From Gnetum montanum (Eukaryota > Plantae > Gnetophyta), in assembly GCA_015680685.1 (NCBI GenBank), contig MNCI01001500.1, forward strand, positions 1 to 64,000: a stretch of 64,000 nucleotides of DNA, read 5' to 3'. The translations under genes and the position numbers were made by a program. This document shows, piece after piece, positions 13,261 through 26,949 of the stretch; within the stretch, counting starts at the first letter, position 1, and each line of letters opens with the position of its first letter. A model generated the notes under the pieces. The model was not told where the DNA came from and ran no database searches. It saw nothing but the letters and a program-made list of their open reading frames with translations.

Positions 13261-14760
13261 ATGGTAGGTAAGAATGGATTGTTGAGCAAGGATGTAGTCA
13301 TGGAGGAGGCAGAGAATAATGTGATGATTATTTTATCCAAGATTCAAAAACTATTTGCAAGGGAGGAATTTACATCCACAACATGCAAATATCCATTTTC
13401 TTTAAACTATTGTTTTTTTTGACTTGGCTCTATTGTTTTTCTAGGCCCATGTATGGTAGAATTCTTGGTTTTTAAGTATGTAGAATCAACGTTATAGATA
13501 TTTTGATAGTAACTAGAATGAAATCTATCTTTTTGGCTTTTTGTGACAAATATTTCAGCTTTTTCTAAGCCACATGTGTAGTGTTTTAGCATGTTTTGAT
13601 TTTTCTTTAGCATTCATTGTTCTTTTTGTAGCCACATTGACAGGGTTGATAGGGTTTTGCCCACTCATGGTTAGTATTATTAACTTCTATGAATGGTTAG
13701 TACAGTGCGTTACAGTTATCAAACATGAATGTATTTTGACATGGATTTTTAGTTAATGTGCATTAAATTAGGAATTTTTTGGTTAATTTTTGATGAATTC
13801 GGGCCTTTTCTACATTTTTATGTGCAATGTCTTAGTCATTTTTGGCTTGTTTGATCATTTTTACCATATCTATGGCCTATAATAATTTTTAAATATTTTT
13901 TCTACCCCAAGGATCAATGTTTTACCACATTTCCTATGTGAATGGAGGCTCTCAAGATTTTTTCTAGCCAATTTTCATAGTGTTTTAGTGCCTAGTACTT
14001 GGGATGGGTATTGTCAATTTTTTCTTAACTCTGTGATTAGTGTGTTTGATCTTTGGCTCTAACAGATGAATGTATTTGACCTTCCCTTCCTAGGAATGCA
14101 ATGTTTTTAGCACTTCTAATTTTTTTGTGGGGATGAAAGGGCAGCATACATATTTCTAAAACCATGAAATCATAGCATTTTTTACTTCTTCTTCCTTCAT
14201 TATTAGCATTTTTAATTTTCCCAATGCTTAAATTAGTATTATTGGGATCTTTGACCTTCTTAGGCCTTATTTTTTTTGGTTATGATTATATGTTTTGGTA
14301 AAAATCCAATTTTATGTCAACTGTTTATTAAAATGCTTACCTATGCTTTGTAGGTCAAAAATTTGAAAAAATGTGTAACCATGTCTTATAAACTATCAAA
14401 TTATGTTTTTCACATCATTTCTTGAATAAAATATCAAATTTAATTTTTTTATATCGAGTATTTGACAAAATTTCAAATCCACATAATGTTGATTCATGAT
14501 ATTTCAAGTTTGGCCTAAGTGTAATCCTAGTTACGTATGCAAGCTTGGCTACTATGTATTCATGTTTTACTAATTAAATGTTCTTAATTTAGTGTTCTAG
14601 TTTGGCCATAATATTAATATTTATTCTAATGATTTATTATTCTACTTGTTTATAGGCTCCTAGTGATGAATATGATGGCTCTAGCAACACTTCTTCTTGT
14701 TGTTTTATGGCTTTTTCTAAGGTGCTAATGGTGATGATGTGTTATCATATTGGTTGTGTT
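13261..14760 (+). pseudogene. Shortened antisense accessory gene of element A (about 3 exon-like blocks)
   Basis: Purine-rich block 13261-13385, then tgtag|GTC 14354-14534|gtatgc, then tatag|GCTCCTAGTGAT from 14656, which resembles the last exon of B (tatag|ATACCAAGTGAT). Same position relative to array and gag-PR as in B. Confidence 0.45.
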
Positions 14761-15329
14761 ATTGTTTTTGGCTACTTCCTACACTAATGAATTTAAAGAT
14801 TGTTATCATCTATTTTTTTTATACTATGTAACTATGACTAGGGGCTATGTTTGGCTTCATGATGTTGCATTTTGACTTTAGTTCAAAACTACTCCTTGGA
14901 TACAGATTTTTAGTTTTTTTATGTTTTATATTTTTCTACATTTTATGTTTTATTTAAATATGATATTTAAGTTGCATATTATAATGAGAAGGCTACAAAG
15001 TAAAATTCAATAATGTGATGTAATAAAATGAAAAATGTAAAACAAGCCATAACTATTAAAGTAAAACCTATAAATAACACAACAAAGTAAATAGGTCATA
15101 ACATATATACATGGAAAAGAAAGAGGAGGCCACATCCAATAGTTTTAGGCCTTGGGAGACCATGGTATCACCAATTTTAGGCCTTGGTAGTCCATGGATA
15201 CATCTATCAAACAAGCATGGAATAATTTTAAAATAGAATACAAAAAAAAAATGTTGAAACATGGTATAAGACTACAAAAGTAAACAAATGATCATTAACA
15301 AAGGAAGGGATAAGGTATTGACTATGAAT

Positions 15330-18300
15330 TTTTTATTTAATTTTCAAGAGATCAAGAAACCACTTTTGTATGATTGTATGTTCACCATTGTTATTTTTTA
15401 ATATGGCAAGCAATAGGTGTTGTTGTTGGTCATATAATGTTTTAGACTTGGCATTGTTAATATTGTTGTTATTTTTGTTGGTCCCAACTTGAATGTAAAA
15501 AATTTCATCTTGAAACTCCACCTCCAATCATTATTTAATGTTGACATTGTTAAAAGATGGTAAAAATATGTTATTTCCATGAATCACAATTTCACCATCC
15601 TCATATGATAAGTGAATTTATTGATGTATAGGAGATGATATTTTTTGAAGCTTAGATAACCATGATCATTCCAAGATCAAGTTAAATCTAGGTGTTTATT
15701 TAGCCACTAGAAAATTGGTGGATGTGGGAAATTATTCCCCAGCTACAAATTTGAAGAAGCTAGAACCTCATACGACTATCTACAACCTATTAAATGACTT
15801 GAGCATAGAAATAGAGGTCTTCTATATGTTTGTCGTTAGGCCTAATCATTCAATAATGGTAAAAAGTATTATGTTGATTGCTACCTGATAATTCACATGA
15901 ACATGATGAATATTATTCTTTCCAACATGTATGGTAATGAGGAGTAAATATCACTTCTCTATTTCATGGATCAATCTTCACTTCTCTATCACTAAAGGTA
16001 AGTGTGGTTTGATGCTTATTTTCTCTAAGTAGAGTTTGATCAATAATGAAGTGAATGGATTCCTTCTTAACAAGCATGTCTCTGCTTATGGGAATAGAAG
16101 TCAACATTTGAACTAATGTGTCTTTATAAGTAGGAGAAGTTATAACTAGATTGTATATGTTTAGTGATGTGTTCTTTTGTTTTAGGGATCATTTGTCTTG
16201 TTCCATTACCATGCAAAAATTCCTTTTGTTGGTGTGTGATCTATTGACTTTGGTAGTCTTAATTTCCTCTATTCTTCATAGAATTTTTAGCTCATGTGTT
16301 TGATGTGTGTTTCTTGGACACCTTGCTCATACCTAGTTTGTGACTCCCTCTTATTTGATTGGTTGATGTAGTCTGAGAAATGGACTTCATAGGTAGGGCT
16401 AATATGCATGTAGGCTTCAGTGGGTTAGCTTCTTTAGCATATGACCTAGTGATAGATTGTTCTTGTCACTTTTATGGCAATGATTCCTTGTTAATCAATG
16501 ATGATAGTGTTGAATTATTAGCCATAATGGATGAGCATTAGTCACATTTTGTTTATAGTTTTCTTGTGGATGGTGAAGACTAATAGAAAATGGTTTCATA
16601 GCTTTAAAAGGATTAATAATGATTTTCTTAGGTCATAATGTTATTTTCATTAAAGGCAAAACATGTATAAAAAAGGGCTCTTTGAAATCTTGGGGTGATG
16701 GTACTCATATAACAAATGGCATTTTATGCTTTAGGTTATAAGACCAAGTGCTAACTCATGGTACCTTGATGACAAAGGGTTCTCTAGGAGGACTAGATTG
16801 AGTAGATGTTATGAATGAGGCTATGATATATGTGTTATTTTTTTTATTTGAAGCATTTGATTTGTTTAACACCAAATCTCTATGATCAATAATTTTCTAA
16901 AGATCATCTTTAAGGGTTATGTAGAAATTGGTATCCTAACTAGCTAGTTGATGATAATGGGAAAACCTGTTAAGCTTGAAGTATTGTGGAAGTTTTGGAT
17001 CGTCTTTGGTTGCGACTGTGGGATCTCTAACTATCTCACAAAGATGATCATCTCTTACAAGCTTCCTTAGATAGTTTCTTCTATTAAATACAATTTTTTA
17101 AGCAACTATTCTAGGAGCTTAGAAGGTTTCATAAGCAACTTAGTGTACTTAGACTTATACTTGTGCTTCAAGTTTGGTCTTGGCTAGTTGAAATCATATG
17201 AAGTAGATGGTTGAGATCAGTTAGAAGATATCTTACGTGGAAGAGACTTTCATCCTTTTGTTTGTTTTGTTTCTTTTGCTACTACAATCATGGTTACTTA
17301 TTCTGCTTGGTTTTATCCTTATCCCTCATCATGTGCTACTTCTTATAAACTATATAGGCCAAATCATTGCTACCTTTAGCAACCTTCTAAATGTTCTTAA
17401 TTTGTGAAAAGGATTAGCTCAATGATTGGGATTCTATTTAATATAACTTTAACTTGATAAAATTGTTGATAGCTCATTTAAATATGGCTAGTAGATGCAT
17501 TTCAAACATGGCCTTTGGAATCTCATTAAGTATTATGTTCCATCTCTGAATAAAATTTTGGACAAATTCAAGTGGCCCATGCATCACTTTTATAAGTTGT
17601 TCTAATGTCATATCAAGCTTCAAGTTGTCTTTGAAGTGGTTTATAAATTGGTTTACCAAGTCTTCAAGGGAGAAGATAAAACTTTTGGGTAATGTACAAT
17701 ACTATTATATGGCTTTTTCTATTATAAACGTAGGAAAGATACACAATACAGTATGAGGCTAGGCCTATAGCAAGAGGTATTCTAAATAGAAGGTGATGAG
17801 GTGTGCATTGGGATCTCCTTAATCAATGTACTTGGTGAAGTGGGGAATTTGAATCCCTACAGGTAATATGATTTTAGGGATAGTTCGGATAATAGAGCAT
17901 CTTGGTAAAAGTTCATGATTTTTACCTCTTTGGTTGTATTTGATTTTAATCTTAGTAGCTCCTTAGTGGGGTTCTAGATCATTTTGAAAGCTTGATCTAG
18001 GCCTTGCAGCACTCCTACAAGTTGTGCTACCTATTAAATAGTTGGTGATTGTAAAATAGACAATGGTATAGACTATAGGGATCATGTGACTACCATTGCA
18101 AGAGGGTTAAACATGGAAAATGAGGTTGGCATAAGCACATGAGGAAAAAAGGGTATATTAGGCACAAATGTATTATGTGACACATGTGGTATTTGAGATT
18201 CCATAGAATGTCCAGTTGAAACTACAAATAGTTGTGACATGGACAAAACTAGTGAAGGTGTAGAGGTTAATATAGAAGCAAATAAAGAAGCAAGTTTAGG

Positions 18301-18770
18301 ACCTATGTTATAAAGGATAGATGGAGATCTTGGCTTACTACTAAGATAGGAGCTATAGAGTTGAACACAGACACTTTAAGGATAGATCATTATAATAGGT
18401 CCTCTAAATGGATATTAGTTTTATAATATGTCACAAACTCATCTTGATCCCCTTACCCTTGGTCTAAACTAGCTTCTTCTCTTACTACAACCTTGTCGCC
18501 AGCATCCACTAATTATGCAAACACGTTGACATACAATTCAGATAGTTTAATGTGGTCATATGAAGAAGGATTAAATTTCTTTTCATTCATGTGGATGATC
18601 TTAAATTGCTACTTGGAATCTATTTTATTACATGGGATACTTAAACCAAATTATATCTTTGTACAAATTAGTTGTAGTAATTCTTATTTATGTTTGTATA
18701 TAGAGGATTTTGGTAGACATCCCTAAGTATTTGATGACATTTGACAACAGTTGGGTCTTTTGGATCATAG
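15330..18770 (-). pseudogene. gag-protease of element A, heavily degraded
   Basis: FNLILE*SWLSKLQKISSPIHQ*IHLSYEDGEIVIHGNN (15570-15690) matches the Y protease. The gag core is seen as KYID*GDPNAHL (~17800-17840) and FINHFKDNLK...EFVQNFIQRW. The N-terminal ICTKI...FNPSSYDHIKLS block matches Y. Confidence 0.85.
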
Positions 18771-18879
18771 ATATGAGTGAAGTTCTAGTTTGAGCCCATA
18801 TAAATCATGTTTTTAGGTAATATTATTAACAAAAAAGGCATAAACAATGTAGAAAAGATGAATCAAGTATATGTGTCAT

Positions 18880-19163
18880 AGGCTTTTACAATATAGATGA
18901 GTTGTTGTAGTAGCTTGTTTAATAGTCTATTTGGATAGCTTTATTAGCTAGCTTTTTTATTAGCTTATTTGGATAGCTTGTTTGGGTATCAATCATCATC
19001 TATTTTAGCTCCTTCATCACCATATAGAGAAGCATTTTAGTTCACTATCAACACAAGATGCTTTTAGAAGTCGTGGTAGTGGCAAACATTCAATGGACAA
19101 AGAGCTTATGGAGAAATTGCATACCCTAGAACCCCCTACATTTCTAGATGAGGAGGATCCTAC
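18880..19163 (+). pseudogene. Chromovirus (Tekay-like) gag N-terminal fragment, interrupted by the LTR of B
   Basis: ELMEKLHTLEPPTFLDEEDPT matches the Tekay gag motif FxxxxPPxFxGxxDP and stops exactly at the LTR start at 19164. Confidence 0.55.
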
Positions 19164-19411
19164 TATAGCACTTGAAAAGTTTGATTGCTAGAAAAACCAA
19201 AAATCCTAGGTAGAGTAGTTTTAACCTTGGATCTAAAGGGCATTCAAGAAAAAGGATCTAAGATACCTTGGATGGCATTGTCAATCATCCAAGGACTTAG
19301 GAAGTGTTAACAGGGTAAAAAATTCAAAATAAAACTTATAAATCTACTTTAAAAAATGCAAAGAAATAAACTATGAATAAATTTGCACAAAAAATGAATT
19401 GTAAACTTTAT

Positions 19412-20269
19412 TGATGATGAACCATGATATTGCATTCGTGATATCGAGTACACAATATCGCATCCACGATATCGGGTATGAGATATCGGAGCCTACCATG
19501 CGATGTTGGATACCTGATATTGGGACCTACCTCCTTGCCTATAAATAAGAGGCATGCACACTTGGTTTTGTAATTAGATAGTTAGTCCCTTAGCCAAAAT
19601 CTTGCCCTTTCTCCCCTCCAGAGCTAGAATTATTTCTGTGTGCCCACAGTAGGAGTCATCAAGTGAACGGATCTTTGTTCGAGCATTCTGTACCTAAGCA
19701 CACTTTGTGTACGGAAATAAAGACAAACTTTATGATAAACCTTGCAACATCCAAAATAGATTAATTAGTGTTAATTGATGTTATTAAATGATTTCTTAGT
19801 TAATTAATGATTCTCTCTTACCCTACAACTCTCCTAAGTAAGAACACACAGTACGATCACTTCGAGCATGTGTGTAACACTTGGTAACCTAGTAACGATT
19901 AGCGTTTGGTAATCCTAGTAGTGTTGCGCTAGTTCAGGATGTGTACAACAAGTGAGAATGGATATGGTGTTAGGATTAGTTTAAATCTTAGTTAATTAGT
20001 AGTTAAGTTAAATTAGTTACTTAGTTATCTTTCTCTCCTCCCTTATTAGCAGCAGGACATAAAAACATAAAAGCTATAAAAATCATATGCATCAAGCTTA
20101 CTTAACCATACAATCGTGACATACAAGTAAGTTTGGGAAGACAGAAATCAACCAACCCATCCTTATTCCACAAGGGTGCATAAGCACTTAGTCCTTGGAA
20201 TTCGATCGGATTCTGCATGAAATGCTCGTATTCGTATGGTTGAGAGTAGGGGTACCTTGCCACTCATCA
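19412..20269 (+). mobile_element. Athila-like solo LTR inserted in the LTR of B
   Basis: TGATGA...TCATCA termini, GATATC repeats, and TATAAATA at ~19540. Its 3' end is homologous to the reverse complement of 51526-51600. Flanks tttat/attaa are not a clean TSD. Confidence 0.8.
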
Positions 20270-22491
20270 ATTAAGAATAATAAAATTTCCACAAAAGCAG
20301 AGTTTGAATGTGTATAAAATATGTGTTTAAATGCACAAGGAGTTGCTTAGATGATGCTTGAAGCCTATTGAAGCTAGCAAGTTGTGCTTTGCAATCAAAC
20401 TCATGATCCATATGCTTCCCAACCTCAATCACCAAAACGCCTTGGGGGGTTTTTAGATTAGATCTATGATGTTGATGATAAGAGGGGTAAAGGTGTTTAG
20501 CTTTTTGAAATTTTGGCACTATGTTGGAAGTCTTGAATGTCCAGTTTTTTGTCAAAATACTCCAAGATCTTTACAAAATTCCAAATGTCTTAAGTGATCA
20601 ATGTTACAAAGCTTGTCCAGTTGAAAAAGTGTGGAACCTATCTAAAGTTTTTGAAATTTGATCTTATAAGTCTCATGGTTGTTGGTTTTTGTGCTGAAAA
20701 TTTCTTCCATGATTACTGCTAGATTGGTATAATTTGTAAGTGTGTCAGATCATAATTTCCAATGTAGTTTTCCATTTATGTCAATTCTTGATATGCCTAG
20801 GCCACCAAAACCATGTTGAATACCATAAATAGTAAAAATACTTTTCCAAGTATGCTTGCTTCATCCATCTACACTAGCCTCATGGGAACAATGTTGCAAT
20901 TGTTAGAGAACATTCAAATTGCTAAAAGAACAAAACCGCCACCACTCCAATGCTAGATTTTGTTAAAAATTACAAACTCCATAACTTCAACATTAGCTTT
21001 GTTGCATCCACACTGAAAGTTATGGGAACTACACTATCCATTTCTGGGAAAATGAAAACCCAATAACCCCAACATTGGGTTTAGGTAGTTCCAACGTAGT
21101 TGAGGCTATGACCCATGTAAAACCCACAAAAATGACAAATTTGATAGTTCCCAAGGCATTTTCAACCTTCCCAAGCCTAAATATAGACATGATATGACTT
21201 TTTCTACTTGGGAAGTGAGTCTACAATAACTTATGAGGCATTTTTCAACTCTAAAAGTTCATGTATGTGAGATTGCAACTAATGTCCTACAAACCTTAGA
21301 ATTTTTACAATGAAAATCTAGCCTCAATTGTAGGGGTGAAGGTTCCAATTCCAAAAAGGTTACAATATGCATTTTTGTGTTGGTGTTTCATTGGTCCTTC
21401 TTTATTTATGTTTGAAGAATTAACTCAAGAGACATCAATAATGAATACAAAACACCACTCTTGGTTCATCACCAATATTTCCTTTTTATGTTTGATTATA
21501 TAGTGTCGAACCATACTAAAGAGTGCTTCTGATAATGGGATAAGGTTATAGCAAGGTGTTATAGGTTGAAGGGTATCTTTGGTCACAAGGAAGTGCTCAT
21601 AAGGTTAATAATGGATTCCAAATATTGACATCATAATTATGATTATGGTAGTGACATTATAGTTAATTGATGTAATCTCCATGCTTCGTGCTTCAAAGTG
21701 TTGATTACTTAGTAATGTTTTTGGGGAATCAACAACTCACTCCAAGGTTTATTTGGTCATTAGGCTTCTTCTTTTACTTGTTTTAAGCTACTGATTTATC
21801 TTTTGATATTCATAAACCTTTTAGCTTCTTGGCAATTTGCTTTCTCATTTTTTTTGTAGGGTGAAGACTTCATTAGGTTTCATTACTAAGGCTAGGTTTG
21901 ATTTGATTTTTCTATTGAATTTGATGTGTTACATTCAATGAACTTGATGGTAGAGCATGATGAAGAAAACCTCACATGGCCATAATGCATGAGTGTTAAA
22001 CATTGATCATTATTGTTGTTTAAGGCAAGGAAGGTCATAATTTGGCTATGGGACTCGACTTAAGGAATGGTAATGGAAATGATGTGAACCAAGCACTCTT
22101 GGTATGATAGAACAAGCTTACCAAATATTGTGCATCAAGGTCATGTGATGTCTTGCTGCCATGGTGAGTTACACCTTTGTAATGACCTCAGGCTTCATCC
22201 TACAACCACAACTCCAAGAGGATAAGAAAACAGGAAAAAGAAGACATGTTACAAGAGAGTGCATAGGGCCACATGAGACAACTAGCAAACTAGGTTAACA
22301 TAATTCAACATTGTTATAACATAGAGAGATTTTTGTAATGCACATCAGATTCACAAATCTTATAGTTCATTCATTATCCAAAATAAAGAGAGAGAGAGAC
22401 ATAGAGAGAGAGCATGTGTAGGCTCTCTTGTTATTTAGTGTAGTGGCTTTTGACATCAACTATTGATTTTGTACCTCTAAGGAAGATCATG

Positions 22492-25400
22492 TTAGATGTA
22501 ATAAGTCTTGATATAGGAATGGTTGACCAGGTTGGCCAATTTATTTTCATTTTTATCTACTACTTTGAAGACTTCATTGCCATAGGCATTGATGACCAAG
22601 AAAGGCCCTTCCTAGTTGGCTGAGAACTTTTTCACACTTATAAATAGCCTTAAGGACATAATTTCCTTTCTTGATCTTTTTTTTATTTAGGTCATGACGA
22701 TGTTGTTTCTTCTACCTCTTTTTGTACCATTTGATTTAAGCAAGCATCTATATCCACTACTCTTACATTGAGTCCAAGTTAATGGTACATAGCTCCTTGT
22801 TTTTCTCATTGTTGATGAAGTGTGATAGGGATGCCCTAAGTGATGAAACCTACAATTAAAGAGAAAAATATGTTGATATCCATAAATCAGGCTATATGGG
22901 ATTACATGAGTCGTAATTCGATAGGTAGTTCTATCAGCCTAAAGTATGTGGACAAGCTACTCATGCCACTTGCATATACTATTATTTAGCATTTTTAAGC
23001 AATTTTATAATATCCTTGTTGCTAGCTTCAACTTGAACATTGGCTTGAGGGTAGTATGGTGATGAGAAGGAATGCTTAATGCCTAAGTCCTAATAAAAGT
23101 CTTGCATTTCTTGGCCACTAAATTTTGATCTATTATCTATAACTATGCTCAAAAATATGCCAAAATGGACTACTATGTTGTCCAATATGAACCTATAGAA
23201 TTTTTAAGACATTGTTTCCCTTAGGGAAAAAAATTTAACCTACTTTGTAAAGTATTCAATTTCAATGATAATGAAGCTATGCCCTATGAATGACTTACAC
23301 ATTGTAGGTTCAATAATGTTAAGTTCCCACTATTGAAATGGCCACGTTTTCTAAGTAGTGTGTAACTCAATTGGTGGTATGTGTATCATGTTCCTATGCC
23401 ATTTATAGGTGTCACAAGTCTGAACCTTCTACAAGTAGTCACTTTCCATATAAGGATAGTAATAGCCTAGTCATCTAATTTTAGCGGCCATGGCTCTATG
23501 TCCTATATGCCTTCCACATACACCTTCATGAACTTGCTTAAGGACTATGTGGGCTTCATTGTTTCCCAAGCAAACCAATAATATGCCATCATAGGACCAT
23601 CAACATAATGTGTTTTTGGGTATAATGACATAATGCTTTGATCTTTTACATAAAATGTCCTTTTGAGAAGTAGTCAAGCCTTGTGGAGATTCACCATGCA
23701 TTAGCTAAAACTTCATATCTTTATACCACTCCTTTTGAGAAGTGGTGTTAACAAAAGCTATAGAGTCACCTTCAGTGTTTTGCGTGATGGGAATAGCATA
23801 TTTCATGGTTAAGGAAGATAACTTGCTAAACACATCGAGCATCACATGTAGGCTAAGGTCATAATGGCATCAACTAATGTTTTATTAGTTTGGGGTATAT
23901 ATTGGATACCAATATCCATAAATTATTGCATTAGTTTCCTACATAGGTCACAACAGGGTTGCAAATGTTTGGTTTTATAGGTGTAAACCTCTATTACTTG
24001 GTTAATCATAAGTTATAAATCATCCTTTATCATGAAGAATTTGATTCCTTGATCACAAGCTACCATCATTCCCCTAATCAATCCTTCATACTCCTCCATG
24101 TTATTGGTACATGGGAATTTAAAAAAGTAGGTAAAGGATTGGATTTCACCAAAAGGTGAGGTTATGATGGTAGTAGCACTAGTCCCATGGGTAGTTGAAG
24201 CTCTATCAAAGTGCATAATTGCATCATATTCCTAAAGTACTTTGCTAACAATGTTGACATGCTCATCAATAAATTCAATGTCAATGGCTACATGGTCTTC
24301 TACTAGAAAAATGATAAGTTATGTGGCTATAGCTTGACCTTTCGTTGAGGCTTGCGAGATGTAATGGAGATCAAACTTGATTCTTATGGCTTTCCAATAG
24401 GCTACATGGCTACTTTCATGGATCTTTGTCATCATGGATTTAAGCACATTGTACTTGTGAATGACAATGACTTGGCTTCTAAAGAGGTAGTGTCTCTCCT
24501 CTTCTTTAATGAGAAGACTAGCACTAGACAATACTGCTCCACTTCAGTGTATTGGGTTTCGTAGGTAATTAATGCATGACTTAAGTAGTATATGGGAAAC
24601 TTGCCTCCATCATCTCATTTTTGACAAACTAGAAAGATGATGGACATATCAAAGATACTAAGGTAGATGTAAAATGATTAATCCTTTTATGGTAGATAGA
24701 TAGTGGGTAGTTGTTCCAACTCCTCCTTAAGGCTTTCAAAGGCTTCTTGGCATCAATCCGTCCACTCATAGTAGACTCCTTTCTTAAGTAAGTGTTACAT
24801 GGGTTGTAATTTATTTGTAGGCCTAACAATGAACCTATGGATAAATTGTAATCTACCTTACATTTCCAAAATTTATTTAAGGTTATTTTGTGCTACCAAG
24901 TTTCATATAGCCTTAACATTATTAGGATCAACATGTATTCCTGCTTTAGATATTACAAATCCAAGCATCTTATCAGTTTTAACACCAAAGATACATTTCT
25001 TAGGGTTAAGCCTGGGTTAATATTTAAGGCATAATTTAAGCACAAGGTCAAGGTCATGTGCATGGTCATTGACCATTTTGAACTTAATGGCTATATCATC
25101 CATGTAGTCATTAAGCAATCCTAACATGTAATTACTAAAGGTATACTTCATGGCTCATTGATAAGTTGTGCTTACATTATTTAGACAAAAGGAAATCATG
25201 ATGTAACAAAAGGTTCTTCAAGGTGTCATGAAGGTCATACAAACTTGATGCTCCTAGTTAATCCTAACCTGGCTATATTCCAAGAATCCATCCATGAAGG
25301 ATAACAAGGCATGTCTAGCAATAGTATCGATAAGTTGGTCAATACTGGGAAAAGGGAAATCATCTTTGATACTTGTCTTATTCAAGTCCTGAAAATCAAT

Positions 25401-25979
25401 GTAGATACATATACTCCCATTTTTCTTATGGACTACCACTATGTTGGATACCCATTCCATGTAATCAATAGCTCAAATAAAACTAGCTTGATATAGTTTT
25501 GTGATTTCATTGCAAACTACCAAGGCTAAATCTAATCTAATCTTCCAATATTTTTGCTTAACTAGCTTGATACTAGGATCAAGTATAATGTTATGTTATG
25601 CTAGGAATGGATTAAGACCCAACATATCTTTATATGAATAAGAAAAGACCTTAATGTTGTCTTGGAGGAACTTGGTGATGTCTTGAGCTTGTTGAGGTTC
25701 TAGTGACGAACATAGTTTCAATGTTTTCTCCTCATTACTATGTGTCATAACAGGAAACTCAACTAGAGAGTCTTTGGTAATGTTTTCAATCTCAAGGTCA
25801 ATGGTTTTAACTAGCTTTACTAGCCACTCAAGAGGTTTCTCTATTGATGCTATGTGGTTGACAAAACTCTCAAGCTCAAAATCTAAATGATTAAGATTAA
25901 CAAATCATTGAACATCACCATAAGGTCTAGTTTGGCTCAAAGTTAAATTTATTTTCCTCTAGGTGTCCATACTCAAATC
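22492..25979 (-). pseudogene. pol: pol of element B: RT - RNase H - archaeal-type RNase H - integrase
   Basis: EWVSNIVVVHKKNG...IDFQDLNK...DDFPFPSIDQLID, YMDD (~25097-25108), aRH MHFDRAS...CTNNMEEYEGLIRG, integrase HEGVCGRH, WPFQ*W, SPYYPQAN, N*EGPF, ending YIKTYYI*. Many stops. Confidence 0.95.
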
Positions 25980-26949
25980 CTACATATCAACCATAAGCAC
26001 ATTAAGTAGCACCAAAATAATGTAAAATACTCTAGCAGTTATTCATGAATATGCCAAAACATGTTACAACAATGGTCAAACAAGATTCAAACAAGGTCAA
26101 TAATGGTTATAAGAGGTAAGTTAAAACAAATAGGGTGAAACAAAATCTAAATAATGTAAAATAAGTTGAACAAAAACTAAATGAGGTCAAGTATCAAACT
26201 TCATCTACTAAAGTCAAGCAAGGTCAACACATGGTCCATAGGGACCATAAAAGAAGAGGCAAGGTATGTAAGATGTACTAAAGGCCAAAAAGCATGAAAT
26301 AAGGACAATTAGATACCAAATGATAATCAAATGAGTCCGAATGATGCTCTAATGAGGCCAAACAATGATCTAGTGATGGTCAAGTACCATTAAATGATGT
26401 CAAACAAGGCTAAAACATGGTCAACAAAAATCATTAGGGATAGGATAAGGTAGATGGGGTAAACCCAAGGCCAACTAACATAAAATTAAGCCAAATTATT
26501 GACAAATGAGGCCAAATAAAGCCCAAATGATTATTTAATCCCATTATATGATGTTTTGGGGGTCAAACAAGGTCACGATGATGTTCAATGAGGTTAAGTG
26601 ATGTTAAATGAAGTTCACGAAGGTCAAAAAATGCCAAATGATAGGAACATTTGGGTGGAAGAAGGTCCAAACAATAAGAAAATGATAAAAATGAAGCCAA
26701 ATAACATCAAATGATAAGGAAATGAAGGTCATTAATGCATAACAAGGTCAAATCAAGTCAAAAGATAATGAAATAAGACCAAACCAATCAAGGTGAAAAA
26801 TATGGGGTAAAACATGATCAATACTAGTCAATTAGTATTACATTTGTCAAGTTTTAGCCCTTAAAAATTCATGGTGTAAGGCTATAGAGTTGGTGAAAAA
26901 TTTTGGGTACTTGGGAAGGCCATTTTGAGGTTGAATTTGGTTAGAAATT

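Larger units (their letters stand above)
9275..18800 (-). mobile_element. Tat/Ogre-like element A: gag-PR, reduced antisense cassette, pol deleted, 3' LTR present, 5' LTR missing
   Basis: 3' LTR 9275-10286 (TATAATGAC...GTGTTTCA), PPT 10287-10300, pre-RT remnant 11386-11720 homologous to 25635-25980, and gag-PR homologous to element Y. Confidence 0.85.
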